Part shown: positions 1 to 10,774 of the stretch, piece by piece
Numbering within the stretch: position 1 is the first letter of the stretch
Layout of the letters: the number at the start of each line of letters is the position of its first letter
NCBI RefSeq assembly: GCF_900199515.1
Contig: NZ_LT963434.1
Location: 453,272-485,271 of the forward strand
Length of the DNA stretch: 32,000 bases
Reading direction: 5' to 3'
Source: Massilicoli timonensis
GTDB lineage: Bacteria > Bacillota_I > Bacilli_A > Erysipelotrichales > Erysipelotrichaceae
Program-made: the position numbers and the translations under genes
Notes under the pieces: generated by a model
What the model was told of the DNA's origin: nothing
Database searches by the model: none
The model's input: the letters and a program-made list of their open reading frames with translations, nothing else

Positions 1-2303
<2,303 letters not shown>

Positions 2304-2324
2304 GATATTCCTCCTTCCTCATAG

Positions 2325-2455
2325 AAAAAAAGGCCTTCTAAGCGGGCCTTTTGTCTAATCAGGTCAAAATATCCAAGCCTTCTTGATCTCTCTGGATCAC
2401 GTTAAAGGTCCTCTTTTTCCACTGCTTATTGTATCACAATTCTTAAATATTACAA
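2325..2455 (-). promoter_or_regulatory. pyr promoter plus PyrR-type transcription attenuator leader
   Basis: Read on the minus strand: -35 TTGTAA (2450-2455), 16-nt spacer, then extended -10 TGATACAAT (-10 at 2428-2433). GAUCCAGAGAGAUC (core at 2386-2397) matches the PyrR-binding loop consensus ARUCCAGAGAGGYU. A hairpin AAAGGCC-N9-GGCCUUU followed by a U7 run (2325-2352) sits about 20 nt before the pyrK SD. Confidence 0.75.
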
Positions 2456-2463
2456 CCTCTTTT

Positions 2464-3762
2464 TCAATTTCCGCTGCCGATCTCATTTACTAACCCAAAG
2501 CGATAGCCTTCCTCCTGCATTGCCTCGATAAAATCCGCGATTGCCAGATAATTGCCTTTATTAGAAGGATGCAGCAGATAGATCGCTCCATTATGATAGT
2601 GCTCCATCATCGAAGTCAGGGCTTCCTGCTTGCTGATCGTCGGTCCATAATCATAAAATGCATGGCTCCAGAAATAAGTGCGATAGCCGAGTGCCTGCAT
2701 GATCTTCAAGGAACGCTCGCTCATCGCTCCTTTTGGGAAACGAAAGATCTTTTCCGCCTTTTTACCGGTTACCTGCATATAGGTCTTTTCAAATTCCGTG
2801 ATCTCGCTTACAAAGCGATCGATCGTTTCTTCCTGTGCCAGCAGCGGCATATCATAGTGATGATACGTGTGATTGGCGATCAGATGTCCCTCATTCAGCA
2901 ATTCCCTCATGAAGTCCGGATGATCGCGGACATAGTTCAGCGTGAAAAAGAAGGTTGCCTGCACATCATGGGCATTTAAGACATCCACGATCTCTTTGAT
3001 ATATGTTTCATTGTTTCCGCCTTCATCAAACGTCAGATAAATCACTTTCTCATCTTCACCGATGTAGTAAGCGTCATATTGGGCCAAAAAGTCGCGGTCT
3101 TTTGCGGCAGTATTGCGTTTATGATCCTCGCTTTTATGGATCCACCACTCTTCCATCGTATTATCATATTCATCGAACTGATAGTGCAGCTTCATGCGGG
3201 TCGGATCTTCGCACACTTCCACATAACGCATCGCACTGGCTTTGTTGCCGCTTTGATCTTCCACCACATAAGACAGCTTATAAGTACCGATCTTATCAGT
3301 ATCGACCTCACCTTTGACCTTGACCTGATCGCTGATGTCTTTGTCATGATCATCCACGGCAAGATAGCCCGGCTCCTGCCACGTTTCATTTTCAAATATG
3401 CGGATCTCACTGTCGCCTTCTAAGGTGATGAGCGGCGCTTTTTCATCGACAACTTCTACTGTACGCACTTTACAGTGTTTGCCTTCATAGCAATAGCGAA
3501 TCTCATAAGTGCCGAAGCGATCGACATTGAGCGTCGTGTTGACATCAACTGCTTCGGGATGATCTTGGAAGCGAAACTGCGCTTCATAGCCGGGTTCTTT
3601 CCAAGCTTCATGGATCTGCCATTTCATCGTTTCATCGCCTTTTAAGGAAATCATCGGCCAAAAGATGCCGCTGAAAAAGATCAGTTTGACAAGGCCGAGC
3701 ACGATCAGCGCAATGATCGAAGCGGCAATGCTGTAAACGATGATCTTGCATTTTTTGCTCAT
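2464..3762 (-). CDS. membrane-anchored polysaccharide deacetylase (NodB/PdaA-like) with two Ig-like repeats
   Basis: 432 aa with an N-terminal TM helix (IIVYSIAASIIALIVLGLV). Two repeats each carry W-x-EPGY (HEAWKEPGYEA, NETWQEPGYLA), resembling DUF5011-type Ig domains. The C-terminal NodB domain has LTFDEGGNNE...DVQATFFF...GHLIANHTYHH. Confidence 0.85.
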   Translation of the reverse strand: MSKKCKIIVYSIAASIIALIVLGLVKLIFFSGIFWPMISLKGDETMKWQIHEAWKEPGYEAQFRFQDHPEAVDVNTTLNVDRFGTYEIRYCYEGKHCKVRTVEVVDEKAPLITLEGDSEIRIFENETWQEPGYLAVDDHDKDISDQVKVKGEVDTDKIGTYKLSYVVEDQSGNKASAMRYVEVCEDPTRMKLHYQFDEYDNTMEEWWIHKSEDHKRNTAAKDRDFLAQYDAYYIGEDEKVIYLTFDEGGNNETYIKEIVDVLNAHDVQATFFFTLNYVRDHPDFMRELLNEGHLIANHTYHHYDMPLLAQEETIDRFVSEITEFEKTYMQVTGKKAEKIFRFPKGAMSERSLKIMQALGYRTYFWSHAFYDYGPTISKQEALTSMMEHYHNGAIYLLHPSNKGNYLAIADFIEAMQEEGYRFGLVNEIGSGN

Positions 3763-3984
3763 GCTTTCACACTCCGCTATACTATATGACGATCGCTTCT
3801 TCGATATGTCAGTTAAAATAACGTGTTAAGAAAAAAGCATTACTGATCTTCCTTTTCTATTTTTTTACAGTACCAGCAGACATGCGCAAGCATGCACAGC
3901 ACGGATATGCCGGCGACGATTTCCAATGCTTCGGTATCAAGTGCCTCCAAGCCAAACAAAACTGCGTTTAAGAGCAGGATTACA

Positions 3985-5646
3985 TCATCGACAATAATAT
4001 TCTTTTCTCTTTCTTTTCGTATTTTCCTCTTTTCTCTTTTCAGATCGTTCCTGAAGCGGCGCGAATGTTTCAATGATCTTCTGTGCACAGCGAACTCCGT
4101 CGATCGCACTGGATATGATCCCGCCCGCATAGCCTGCGCCTTCCCCACATGGGTATAAATTCGGATAAGAAAGGCTTTGATGATTTTGATCGCGTAAGAT
4201 GCGGATCGGAGAACTGCTGCGGCTTTCCACCGCGCATAGCAATGCGTCTTCTGATACGAAACCGGGAATTTTCCGTTCAAATGCCAATAGTCCCTCTTTT
4301 AACGATTGATTGATGACATCGGAAAACAGCTCTTTTAACGGCGCAAAACAAGTGCCGCGGGCATAGGTCGGCCTTACTTTTCCAAAAGCGGTCGAAGGAC
4401 AATCTGCCAAATAATCTTTTGCCAGCTGCACCGGCGCATGAAAATGACCGCCGCCTAACTGATAGGCTTTCTTTTCCAATTCTTCCTGATAATGCATGCC
4501 GGCAAATACACCGCTGCCATAATCGCTCTCATTCACCTGCACCAGCACTGCACTGTTGGCATTGGCGCCATCTCGCGCATATTCACTCATGCCATTGACT
4601 ACCACTTGTTTTTCATTTGAGGCAGCCGGCACGACATAACCGCCCGGACACATACAAAAGGTATAAACGCCCTTTCCGGTAGACGCCTGATGGGTCAGGC
4701 GATAACTCGCCCGGCCCAGCGCCGGATCATGTGCAAATTCATGATACTGGCTTTCATCGATCAGCGACTGGGGATGTTCAATGCGCATGCCGACTGCGAA
4801 CGGCTTGGCTTCTAATGCCACATCTCGCTTCTTTAACATTTGAAAAGTATCGCGCGCACTATGACCGATCGCCATGATGACTTGATCACAGCAAATCCAC
4901 TCCTCATTCACACAAAGCGCCGACACACGACCATTCTGTGTTCTCATATCGCTTACTTTCGCCCCAAAGCGCACTTCACCGCCATGTGCGATGATGTCCT
5001 CGCGGATGGCCTTTACGATTCCCTTTAACCGGTCTGTACCGATGTGGGGATGCGCATCATACAGGATCGACTGCGGCGCGCCGTGTGCGATCAGTTCCAA
5101 CAATACATGCGCCATGCGTGCATCTTTGCTGCGGGCAGTCAATTTCCCATCGGAAAACGTACCGGCACCGCCTTCCCCAAACTGCACATTGCTGTTTTCA
5201 TCTAGTTCCCCGCTCTCCCAAAAACGCTTGACCTGTTCACTTCTTGTATCTACGTCCATTCCTCGTTCCAAGATCAAAGGACAATAGCCATGCTTTGCCA
5301 AAAGCAGGCCCGCAAACATTCCCGCCGGACCAAAGCCGATGATGATCGGTCTGTTTCGCAATTTCGCATCACCGCTTGTCATGGAGAGCAGCTGCGGCGC
5401 TTCTTCAAAAGAAACGCCCTTGCGATTTTTTCTCAATGCTTTGGCATCCTCACAGGTAACCAAAATCTGATAGTGAAACCAAATTTCATGTCTGCGCCGT
5501 GCATCAATGCTTTTTTTAGTAATGATCAAATCATTAAGCGCTGTACGTTTTACACCCAATCGCTTCGCAACCGCTTGATACAGCGCCTCCTGCTCGTTTG
5601 ACACTTCCTCTAAACGCAGTTTTAATTCACTTATTTTTACCATCAT
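3985..5646 (-). CDS. FAD-dependent protein, COG2509-type NAD(FAD)-utilizing dehydrogenase
   Basis: 553 aa with a dinucleotide-binding motif IIIGFGPAGMFAGLLLAKHG. Conserved family blocks include FSDGKL, MCPGGYVV and PCGEGAGYAGGI. It has an unusual Lys/Arg/Glu-rich tail encoded by a purine tract. Confidence 0.8.
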   Translation of the reverse strand: MMVKISELKLRLEEVSNEQEALYQAVAKRLGVKRTALNDLIITKKSIDARRRHEIWFHYQILVTCEDAKALRKNRKGVSFEEAPQLLSMTSGDAKLRNRPIIIGFGPAGMFAGLLLAKHGYCPLILERGMDVDTRSEQVKRFWESGELDENSNVQFGEGGAGTFSDGKLTARSKDARMAHVLLELIAHGAPQSILYDAHPHIGTDRLKGIVKAIREDIIAHGGEVRFGAKVSDMRTQNGRVSALCVNEEWICCDQVIMAIGHSARDTFQMLKKRDVALEAKPFAVGMRIEHPQSLIDESQYHEFAHDPALGRASYRLTHQASTGKGVYTFCMCPGGYVVPAASNEKQVVVNGMSEYARDGANANSAVLVQVNESDYGSGVFAGMHYQEELEKKAYQLGGGHFHAPVQLAKDYLADCPSTAFGKVRPTYARGTCFAPLKELFSDVINQSLKEGLLAFERKIPGFVSEDALLCAVESRSSSPIRILRDQNHQSLSYPNLYPCGEGAGYAGGIISSAIDGVRCAQKIIETFAPLQERSEKRKEENTKRKRKEYYCR

Positions 5647-5926
5647 ATCACCGCCTTTGTTTGATGAGATCCTTTCAGCGTTGTTTTGATCGAATAGGAT
5701 CGATATTTTTTAATTGCCGTCATGTGCAAATGAAACCTGATCACTGTTCATTTCCTCTTTATCTGCGCAGTCATTACGTTTTTATATTCAGCTCTTTCAT
5801 AATGTCATGATCATAACCCAATTCTCATACATCGCCCACTTATTTTAACATACTCTATCTTCGATTGACCAAATTTTTTTAATTTCATTAGCAGAAGTCC
5901 TGCGTATGCGATTTCCCTTCTAAATG

Positions 5927-5955
5927 AAAAAGAGCGGCGAAGTATTTGCCGGCTC
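5927..5955 (-). terminator. rho-independent terminator downstream of the MFS gene
   Basis: Minus strand GAGCCGGC-AAATACTT-CGCCGCTC (one bulge) followed by TTTTTC. Confidence 0.55.
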
Positions 5956-6006
5956 CTATTCTTCATAAAACACTTGCTTCCCATCTATTAAGATCTTTTG
6001 TCATTT

Positions 6007-7230
6007 CTAGTAGTTCTGATTGTAGATCGGCTTTACCAGCTCTTGATTGCGGTATATGATCCAAGTACAGGAAAAAATTTCGATCGCCGCAAACAGCATT
6101 AAACAAAAACGATAATCCAGTATTTCACCGAGCGCGCCGGCAGTAAAGCGACAAAACATGGATACCAGTGAATAAGCGACATGAAAGAACGCATTGAGTT
6201 TTGCTCGGTTTTCATCCGGCATATAGTTTTGTACGCTGCTTTCTCTTAAGGTGGCGGAATTGATGCCCAAAAAGCCGCAGATACTGCGATTAAGCAGCAT
6301 CAGCGGATAAGCAAGCCACAATAGCAGCGCGTCCATCAGCGGATAAACATAGTAAACGATACAGGCAAAGCGGAACCGTTTCTTTGCGGGAATTTCATAG
6401 CGGTAATGCACGATTCCGCCGATCGATCTCCCTAAAAATTCCGCTATGGTAAACAGTGAATACAGCGTAATGCCAAGTCCCGGCGTCGTTTGAAAATAGG
6501 CGATGATCAAACTGCTGCTGCCTTCGCTCAGCCCCTGCATGATCGGCATATACGCATAAATTTTCTGCAAGCCCTTTTCTTTTTTCAAAAACTGCCAGCC
6601 TGCGCGAAACTGCTCCCGGTACGCCTGCAAATCAAATCGGCCGCTACCATGCTGCGTTTCCCGATAGTCGATCATCGCTTCAAATAACGATGCCACTAAC
6701 AGCATGATCCCTTCAAACACCATGATAAATTCAATCCCCATCTGGGTATAAAGATAACTGGCAAGCGGTGTGATCACGACATTGACAGTCGGATAGATCA
6801 TGGAAGACACCGTATAGCCTTTCTGCGCAAACCCTTTCGGAATCAGATTCGGATAATAGCTCGTATATGCCTGCTGATAAATGGTACCGATCGTCGCCGT
6901 TGTCAAAGAAAAAGCCAGATATACGCCAAACACAAAACCGATCTTGGAAATGAGGAAAGCAAAACCTAAATAAAGCAGACCGTTCAAAAAATCCAGTCCG
7001 ACGATAAACGGCTTGCGTTTATAGCGATCCAAATACGGAGCGATAACGATCGGCAAAACGACTGTTGGAATCAGCGAGAGCGCTGAGTAGATTCCCATCA
7101 GCAAAGTAGAGCCGCTGTTGTCAAACACGACAAAGGACAAAGCAAAATTCATCGCAACCCCGCCGATCGAAGAAATGATCGTACCGATGGTAATGATCGT
7201 AAAGTTTTTTGTCCATAACCCTTTTTTCAT
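6007..7230 (-). CDS. MFS transporter (MFS_3 / 'transmembrane secretion effector'-like exporter)
   Basis: About 12 predicted hydrophobic helices and the motif LDRYKRKPFIV after TM2. The ORF-track start at 7236 is a GTG. The ATG at 7228-7230 sits 7 nt after SD GGGAGGTG, so I use it. Confidence 0.82.
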   Translation of the reverse strand: MKKGLWTKNFTIITIGTIISSIGGVAMNFALSFVVFDNSGSTLLMGIYSALSLIPTVVLPIVIAPYLDRYKRKPFIVGLDFLNGLLYLGFAFLISKIGFVFGVYLAFSLTTATIGTIYQQAYTSYYPNLIPKGFAQKGYTVSSMIYPTVNVVITPLASYLYTQMGIEFIMVFEGIMLLVASLFEAMIDYRETQHGSGRFDLQAYREQFRAGWQFLKKEKGLQKIYAYMPIMQGLSEGSSSLIIAYFQTTPGLGITLYSLFTIAEFLGRSIGGIVHYRYEIPAKKRFRFACIVYYVYPLMDALLLWLAYPLMLLNRSICGFLGINSATLRESSVQNYMPDENRAKLNAFFHVAYSLVSMFCRFTAGALGEILDYRFCLMLFAAIEIFSCTWIIYRNQELVKPIYNQNY

Positions 7231-7249
7231 GTTCACACCTCCCGCTTTC

Positions 7250-7258
7250 AGTATAGCA
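7250..7258 (-). promoter_or_regulatory. extended -10 promoter element for the MFS gene
   Basis: Minus strand TGCTATACT (TGnTATACT) about 20 nt upstream of the SD. The -35 region overlaps the T-tract of the preceding terminator. Confidence 0.4.
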
Positions 7259-7272
7259 CAGCGAATAAAGCG

Positions 7273-7320
7273 AAAAAAAGATACTGTTTTAGAGATAATT
7301 ATTACTCAAAACAGTATCTT
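7273..7320 (-). terminator. rho-independent terminator ending the murF-ddl-alr-regulator operon
   Basis: Perfect 13-bp inverted repeat AAGATACTGTTTT (7278-7290 / 7308-7320) with a 17-nt loop. It is followed on the minus strand by T7, 13 nt after the regulator stop. Confidence 0.8.
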
Positions 7321-7332
7321 AGCACTAATTTT

Positions 7333-8517
7333 CTAAGAAATATAGGAAAATTTCTTCAACAGCGAATAGGCTTCCTTGTATTTGCGCTGGGCCTCCAGCA
7401 CCTCTAACACATATTGCAGATGAAAGATGACATAGCCTTTTGGACGCTGCTTTTGCAGCTGGGCGAACAGCTCCAGTAACTGCTCGATATAAAGCGGATC
7501 GCTTTTATAGTCGGGATGCGTCAAACGATAGTGTACCACTTCCAGCATCTGCCGATCGATCCAGATATCGCCGATCGATTCCAGTCCTTGTTCGACTGCA
7601 CCCTTGGCTTCTTCCAAGCGCCCCAGCTTTTCCATAATACAGGCATATTTATGGTAATAAAAGCCATCGCGATGCCCGCACTTTTCCAAATGGCGCAGCG
7701 CTTCCTCGGCTTGTCCCTGTTCCAGATAATAAGCGGCGATATTATAGTATGCCATATCGACATAGTGCGCCATTGACAGCTGATTCGCCAAAGCGATGCA
7801 TTGACGAAAGCTTTCCAGCATCATGCTTTCCTCTAAGTTGGTATAAGCCATTGCCAGATGATACTTTGCTTTCAAAGCCAAATGCAGTTTACATTCCTGT
7901 AATGCCAGCGCATAAGCATGATCCAGCTGTGCCAAGCTTTTGACATAATAGCCTTTTTCAGCCAGCCATGCGCCATAGAAGAAAAAAAGCAGGGCATTCG
8001 GATACAGTTTCATCGCTTTGCGAAAACAGGACTCCTCCTGCTTCTGCCAACCGCTTAAGCAAAGATAAAGCGCATACTGTTCCACTTCCATATCATTGCA
8101 AAAATCTTTTAATTCCTCTAAACCCGCTTCATCAAGTTTATCATGATCAAGAACGACCACGTTTTCATATAACAAAAACAACCGATAGTCAATCGCATAA
8201 CAAGATGCAAGCAAACGCTTTTCAGCCTGCTTCATCCATTCCAGTTCTTTTACAAACAGATCTTCATTCAGATCATATAAGGCTTCATAAAGCAAGTCCT
8301 TTTTTGCTTTTGCCTGTTTGAGAAACACCTCATCTGTTTCATAGGACAATCCCAGCCGTTCAAACAGCAGCTTGATGATTTCCTTTGATGCTTCTGTCTG
8401 TCCTAATTCGATCTTCGATAAATATGATACCGCACAGATTCCCCGGCATAATCCGCTTTGTGAATAATGGCGGCGGATCCGTTCACGGCGGATGAGTGCA
8501 CCGATCAATTCTTTCAT
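7333..8517 (-). CDS. XRE-family HTH transcriptional regulator with C-terminal TPR domain (RNPP/NprR-like architecture)
   Basis: 394 aa. The N-terminal HTH reads LIRRERIRRHYSQSGLCRGICAVSYLSKIELGQ. The remainder is helical repeat sequence rich in A/L/Y (e.g. AYYNIAAYYLEQGQAEEALRHLEKC). SD AGAGGA lies 6 nt before the ATG, 10 nt after the alr stop. Confidence 0.8.
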   Translation of the reverse strand: MKELIGALIRRERIRRHYSQSGLCRGICAVSYLSKIELGQTEASKEIIKLLFERLGLSYETDEVFLKQAKAKKDLLYEALYDLNEDLFVKELEWMKQAEKRLLASCYAIDYRLFLLYENVVVLDHDKLDEAGLEELKDFCNDMEVEQYALYLCLSGWQKQEESCFRKAMKLYPNALLFFFYGAWLAEKGYYVKSLAQLDHAYALALQECKLHLALKAKYHLAMAYTNLEESMMLESFRQCIALANQLSMAHYVDMAYYNIAAYYLEQGQAEEALRHLEKCGHRDGFYYHKYACIMEKLGRLEEAKGAVEQGLESIGDIWIDRQMLEVVHYRLTHPDYKSDPLYIEQLLELFAQLQKQRPKGYVIFHLQYVLEVLEAQRKYKEAYSLLKKFSYIS

Positions 8518-8527
8518 TGCCAGTCCT

Positions 8528-9685
8528 CTACTTTACATAGATCCGCGGCAATCTGGCGGAAAACAGACAAAGCGTTGCATTGTTGATCGTTTTCAGATGA
8601 TGGCTCATCTCATCTAAGGAAAGTGCGCGATCACCGTCTTTTCCTACCAAAGTGACCACATCGCCTTCTTTTACATCAGGAATGTGCGTCACATCGATCA
8701 TACACTGATCCATGCAGATATTGCCGACCACCGGGGCATATTCGCCATGAATCAGCACCCGGGCAAGTCCATTGAGATTGCGGGAATAGCCGTCCGCATA
8801 GCCGATGGACACCGTTGCGATCCTGCTTGGCTTATCCGTTTCAAAATTACGTCCATAGCTGATGCTGGCATGTGCCGGCACCTCTTTGACCCGGCTCACA
8901 TTGGCCTTTAGCTCCAATACCGGCCATAAGTCGATCTGTTGGCGCATCGGCATATTTTCATCGCTGCTCACGCCACATAAAATAATGCCCGGTCTGGCAA
9001 AGTCGTAGCATAGCTGCGGATAATTGATGATGCCTAAGCTGTTTTGCAGATGCAGATAGCCGGGATCGATCCCTGCATTGCGCAAGTCCTGCTCCACCTG
9101 TTCAAACTGTTTGATCTGCTGATTCGTATAAAGGATCTGTTTTTCATCTTCCACCTCATCCGATACCGAAAAATGCGAAAACATCCCTTCCACCTTCAAA
9201 TTGGTCAACTGATATATCTTGATCAGTTCTTCAATGTGATAGTCATTTTCCACACAGCGCACACCGACTCTGCCCATGCCTGTATCCGCTTTGGCATTGC
9301 ATCGTACATACGCATTTTGGGTTTTCGCATAAGCGTCTAATTCCACTGCATATTCATAAGAAAGCAGTGTTTGGATCAGATCATATTCGATCAGATAATG
9401 AAAATGCACCGGCGGGGTATAGCCTAAGATCAAGATATCGTCATAAATACCGTTTTCCCTCAGCTGTAATGCTTCATCTATGCTGGAAACCGCAAAAAAA
9501 TCAATTCCCATCTTCTGAAACTCTTTTACACAGCGCACTGCTCCCAAGCCATACATATTCGCTTTTACGACCACGATCAGATTGGTCTTTTCCGGCAACA
9601 ATCGCCGTACCTCTTCCACATTGTGGCGAAGTGCGTCCAAGTGAACGAGCACCCATGCCCGAGAAGTATCTTCCAGCATCTTCAT
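8528..9685 (-). CDS. alr: alanine racemase family PLP enzyme (soluble, no VanT-type membrane domain)
   Basis: PLP-lysine motif VVVKANMYGLG, plus SHFSVSDE and VSIGYADGYSR...GNICMDQCMIDVT. The track start at 9700 is a GTG. The ATG at 9685 (MKMLEDT...) is 5 nt after SD GGAAAGGA. Confidence 0.88.
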   Translation of the reverse strand: MKMLEDTSRAWVLVHLDALRHNVEEVRRLLPEKTNLIVVVKANMYGLGAVRCVKEFQKMGIDFFAVSSIDEALQLRENGIYDDILILGYTPPVHFHYLIEYDLIQTLLSYEYAVELDAYAKTQNAYVRCNAKADTGMGRVGVRCVENDYHIEELIKIYQLTNLKVEGMFSHFSVSDEVEDEKQILYTNQQIKQFEQVEQDLRNAGIDPGYLHLQNSLGIINYPQLCYDFARPGIILCGVSSDENMPMRQQIDLWPVLELKANVSRVKEVPAHASISYGRNFETDKPSRIATVSIGYADGYSRNLNGLARVLIHGEYAPVVGNICMDQCMIDVTHIPDVKEGDVVTLVGKDGDRALSLDEMSHHLKTINNATLCLFSARLPRIYVK

Positions 9686-9702
9686 CACGATCCTTTCCAC
9701 TC

Positions 9703-10773
9703 TTATTTTTCCATTGCGTAAGCAATCAGACGATTTAATAAATCCGTAAAACTGATACCGATGTCTTTCATCATCGACGGATAGCGGCTGGTAGCCGTAA
9801 ATCCGGGTATCGTATTCGCTTCATTCAAAATGATCTGCTCATCCTTTGTTACAAACAGATCGATACGGGTAAGACCGCGGCAGTTTAATGCCCGATATGT
9901 CGCCAAAGCCAACTGTTTTGCCTGTTCGCTTAGCTCTTTGCTGATGCGGGCCGGACAATAAATTGCCGAATCCACCATATTGTATTTACCTTCGTAGTCG
10001 AAAAACGGCGCGCTTGTTTCAATTTCATCGACGCTTCCGATGATCAAGTCGTCCGGATCATTGCCCATGACCGCCGTACCGATCTCAAAACCTTCAATGG
10101 TCTTTTCCAAAATGACTTTCCCGCGTCCATCATGCTTCATCGCATCTTCCATGCCGCTCACAAATTCCGCAAAGGTGCTCGCCTTATGAATACCGAAGCT
10201 GCTGCCGGCATTGGCCGGCTTCATAAAGATCGGCAGTCCCAGCTTTTCTTTTGCTTCTTCATATACCTTTTTTAGATCGAGGGCGCTGCTTTTTCGCACG
10301 CACAGATAAGGAGCGCAGGGAATCCCGTTCGCTTCCGCAATGATGTGCGTCATCTCTTTATCCATGATCAGAGCGCTTGCCATATGGCCGCATCCCACGT
10401 AAGGGATCCCGCTTAATTCAAACAGTCCCTGGATCGTGCCGTCCTCTCCGTTTTTACCATGAAGCACTGGGAAAATACAGTCTACCTGTACCCGCTCGAG
10501 CGTGCCGTCCGCTAACACTTTCAAAAAGCCATCGCCCGCAGAAGGCGACAAGATCATCTCACATACACTTTCATGCTCCTGCCAGCGATCATGCTCGATC
10601 GCTTCGACATCACCGCCGTAATAGTACCATTTCCCGGTTTGGGTAATACCGACATAAAGCGGTTCATAGCGCTCCATATCCAGATTATGGATCAATGAAC
10701 CGACCGAGTGCAGCGAAACCGGATATTCGCTGGACTGCCCGCCGAAAATAATTGCCAATTTTAATTTTTTCAC
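9703..10773 (-). CDS. ddl: D-alanine--D-alanine (D-Ala-D-X) ligase, Van-type-like sequence
   Basis: 356 aa with ATP-grasp Ddl motifs IIFGGQSSEYPVSL, FPVLHGKNGEDGTIQGLFELSGIPYVGC, KPANAGSSFG and NEANTIPGFTATSRYP. GTG start, 8 nt after SD AAAGGAAG and 1 nt after the murF stop. Confidence 0.9.
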   Translation of the reverse strand: MKKLKLAIIFGGQSSEYPVSLHSVGSLIHNLDMERYEPLYVGITQTGKWYYYGGDVEAIEHDRWQEHESVCEMILSPSAGDGFLKVLADGTLERVQVDCIFPVLHGKNGEDGTIQGLFELSGIPYVGCGHMASALIMDKEMTHIIAEANGIPCAPYLCVRKSSALDLKKVYEEAKEKLGLPIFMKPANAGSSFGIHKASTFAEFVSGMEDAMKHDGRGKVILEKTIEGFEIGTAVMGNDPDDLIIGSVDEIETSAPFFDYEGKYNMVDSAIYCPARISKELSEQAKQLALATYRALNCRGLTRIDLFVTKDEQIILNEANTIPGFTATSRYPSMMKDIGISFTDLLNRLIAYAMEK

Positions 10774-10774
10774 A

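Noticed and set aside
3840-4280. 146-aa same-strand ORF overlapping the 3' end of the FAD-protein gene. Its tail (…VILLLNAVLFGLEALDTEALEIVAGISVLCMLAHVCWYCKK) looks like a TM helix, which raised the idea of a frameshifted C-terminal extension or a small membrane protein.
   Set aside because: Most of it overlaps a well-supported CDS in another frame. The non-overlapping part (3840-3984) has no ATG, GTG or TTG start with an SD. The shared purine-rich tract (GAAAAGAGAAAAGAGGAAAA…) yields Lys/Arg/Glu-rich peptides in more than one frame, and the downstream frame may stay open by chance. I found no slippery-site evidence for programmed frameshifting.
8528-10773. Calling the ligase and racemase vanG/vanT, i.e. 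an acquired vancomycin-resistance operon.
   Set aside because: No vanR/vanS, vanXY or vanW is present. The racemase lacks the VanT N-terminal membrane domain, and the genes are embedded with murF in a housekeeping-looking context. The similarity is judged from memory only, so they are kept as ddl/alr with a hypothesis in the findings.
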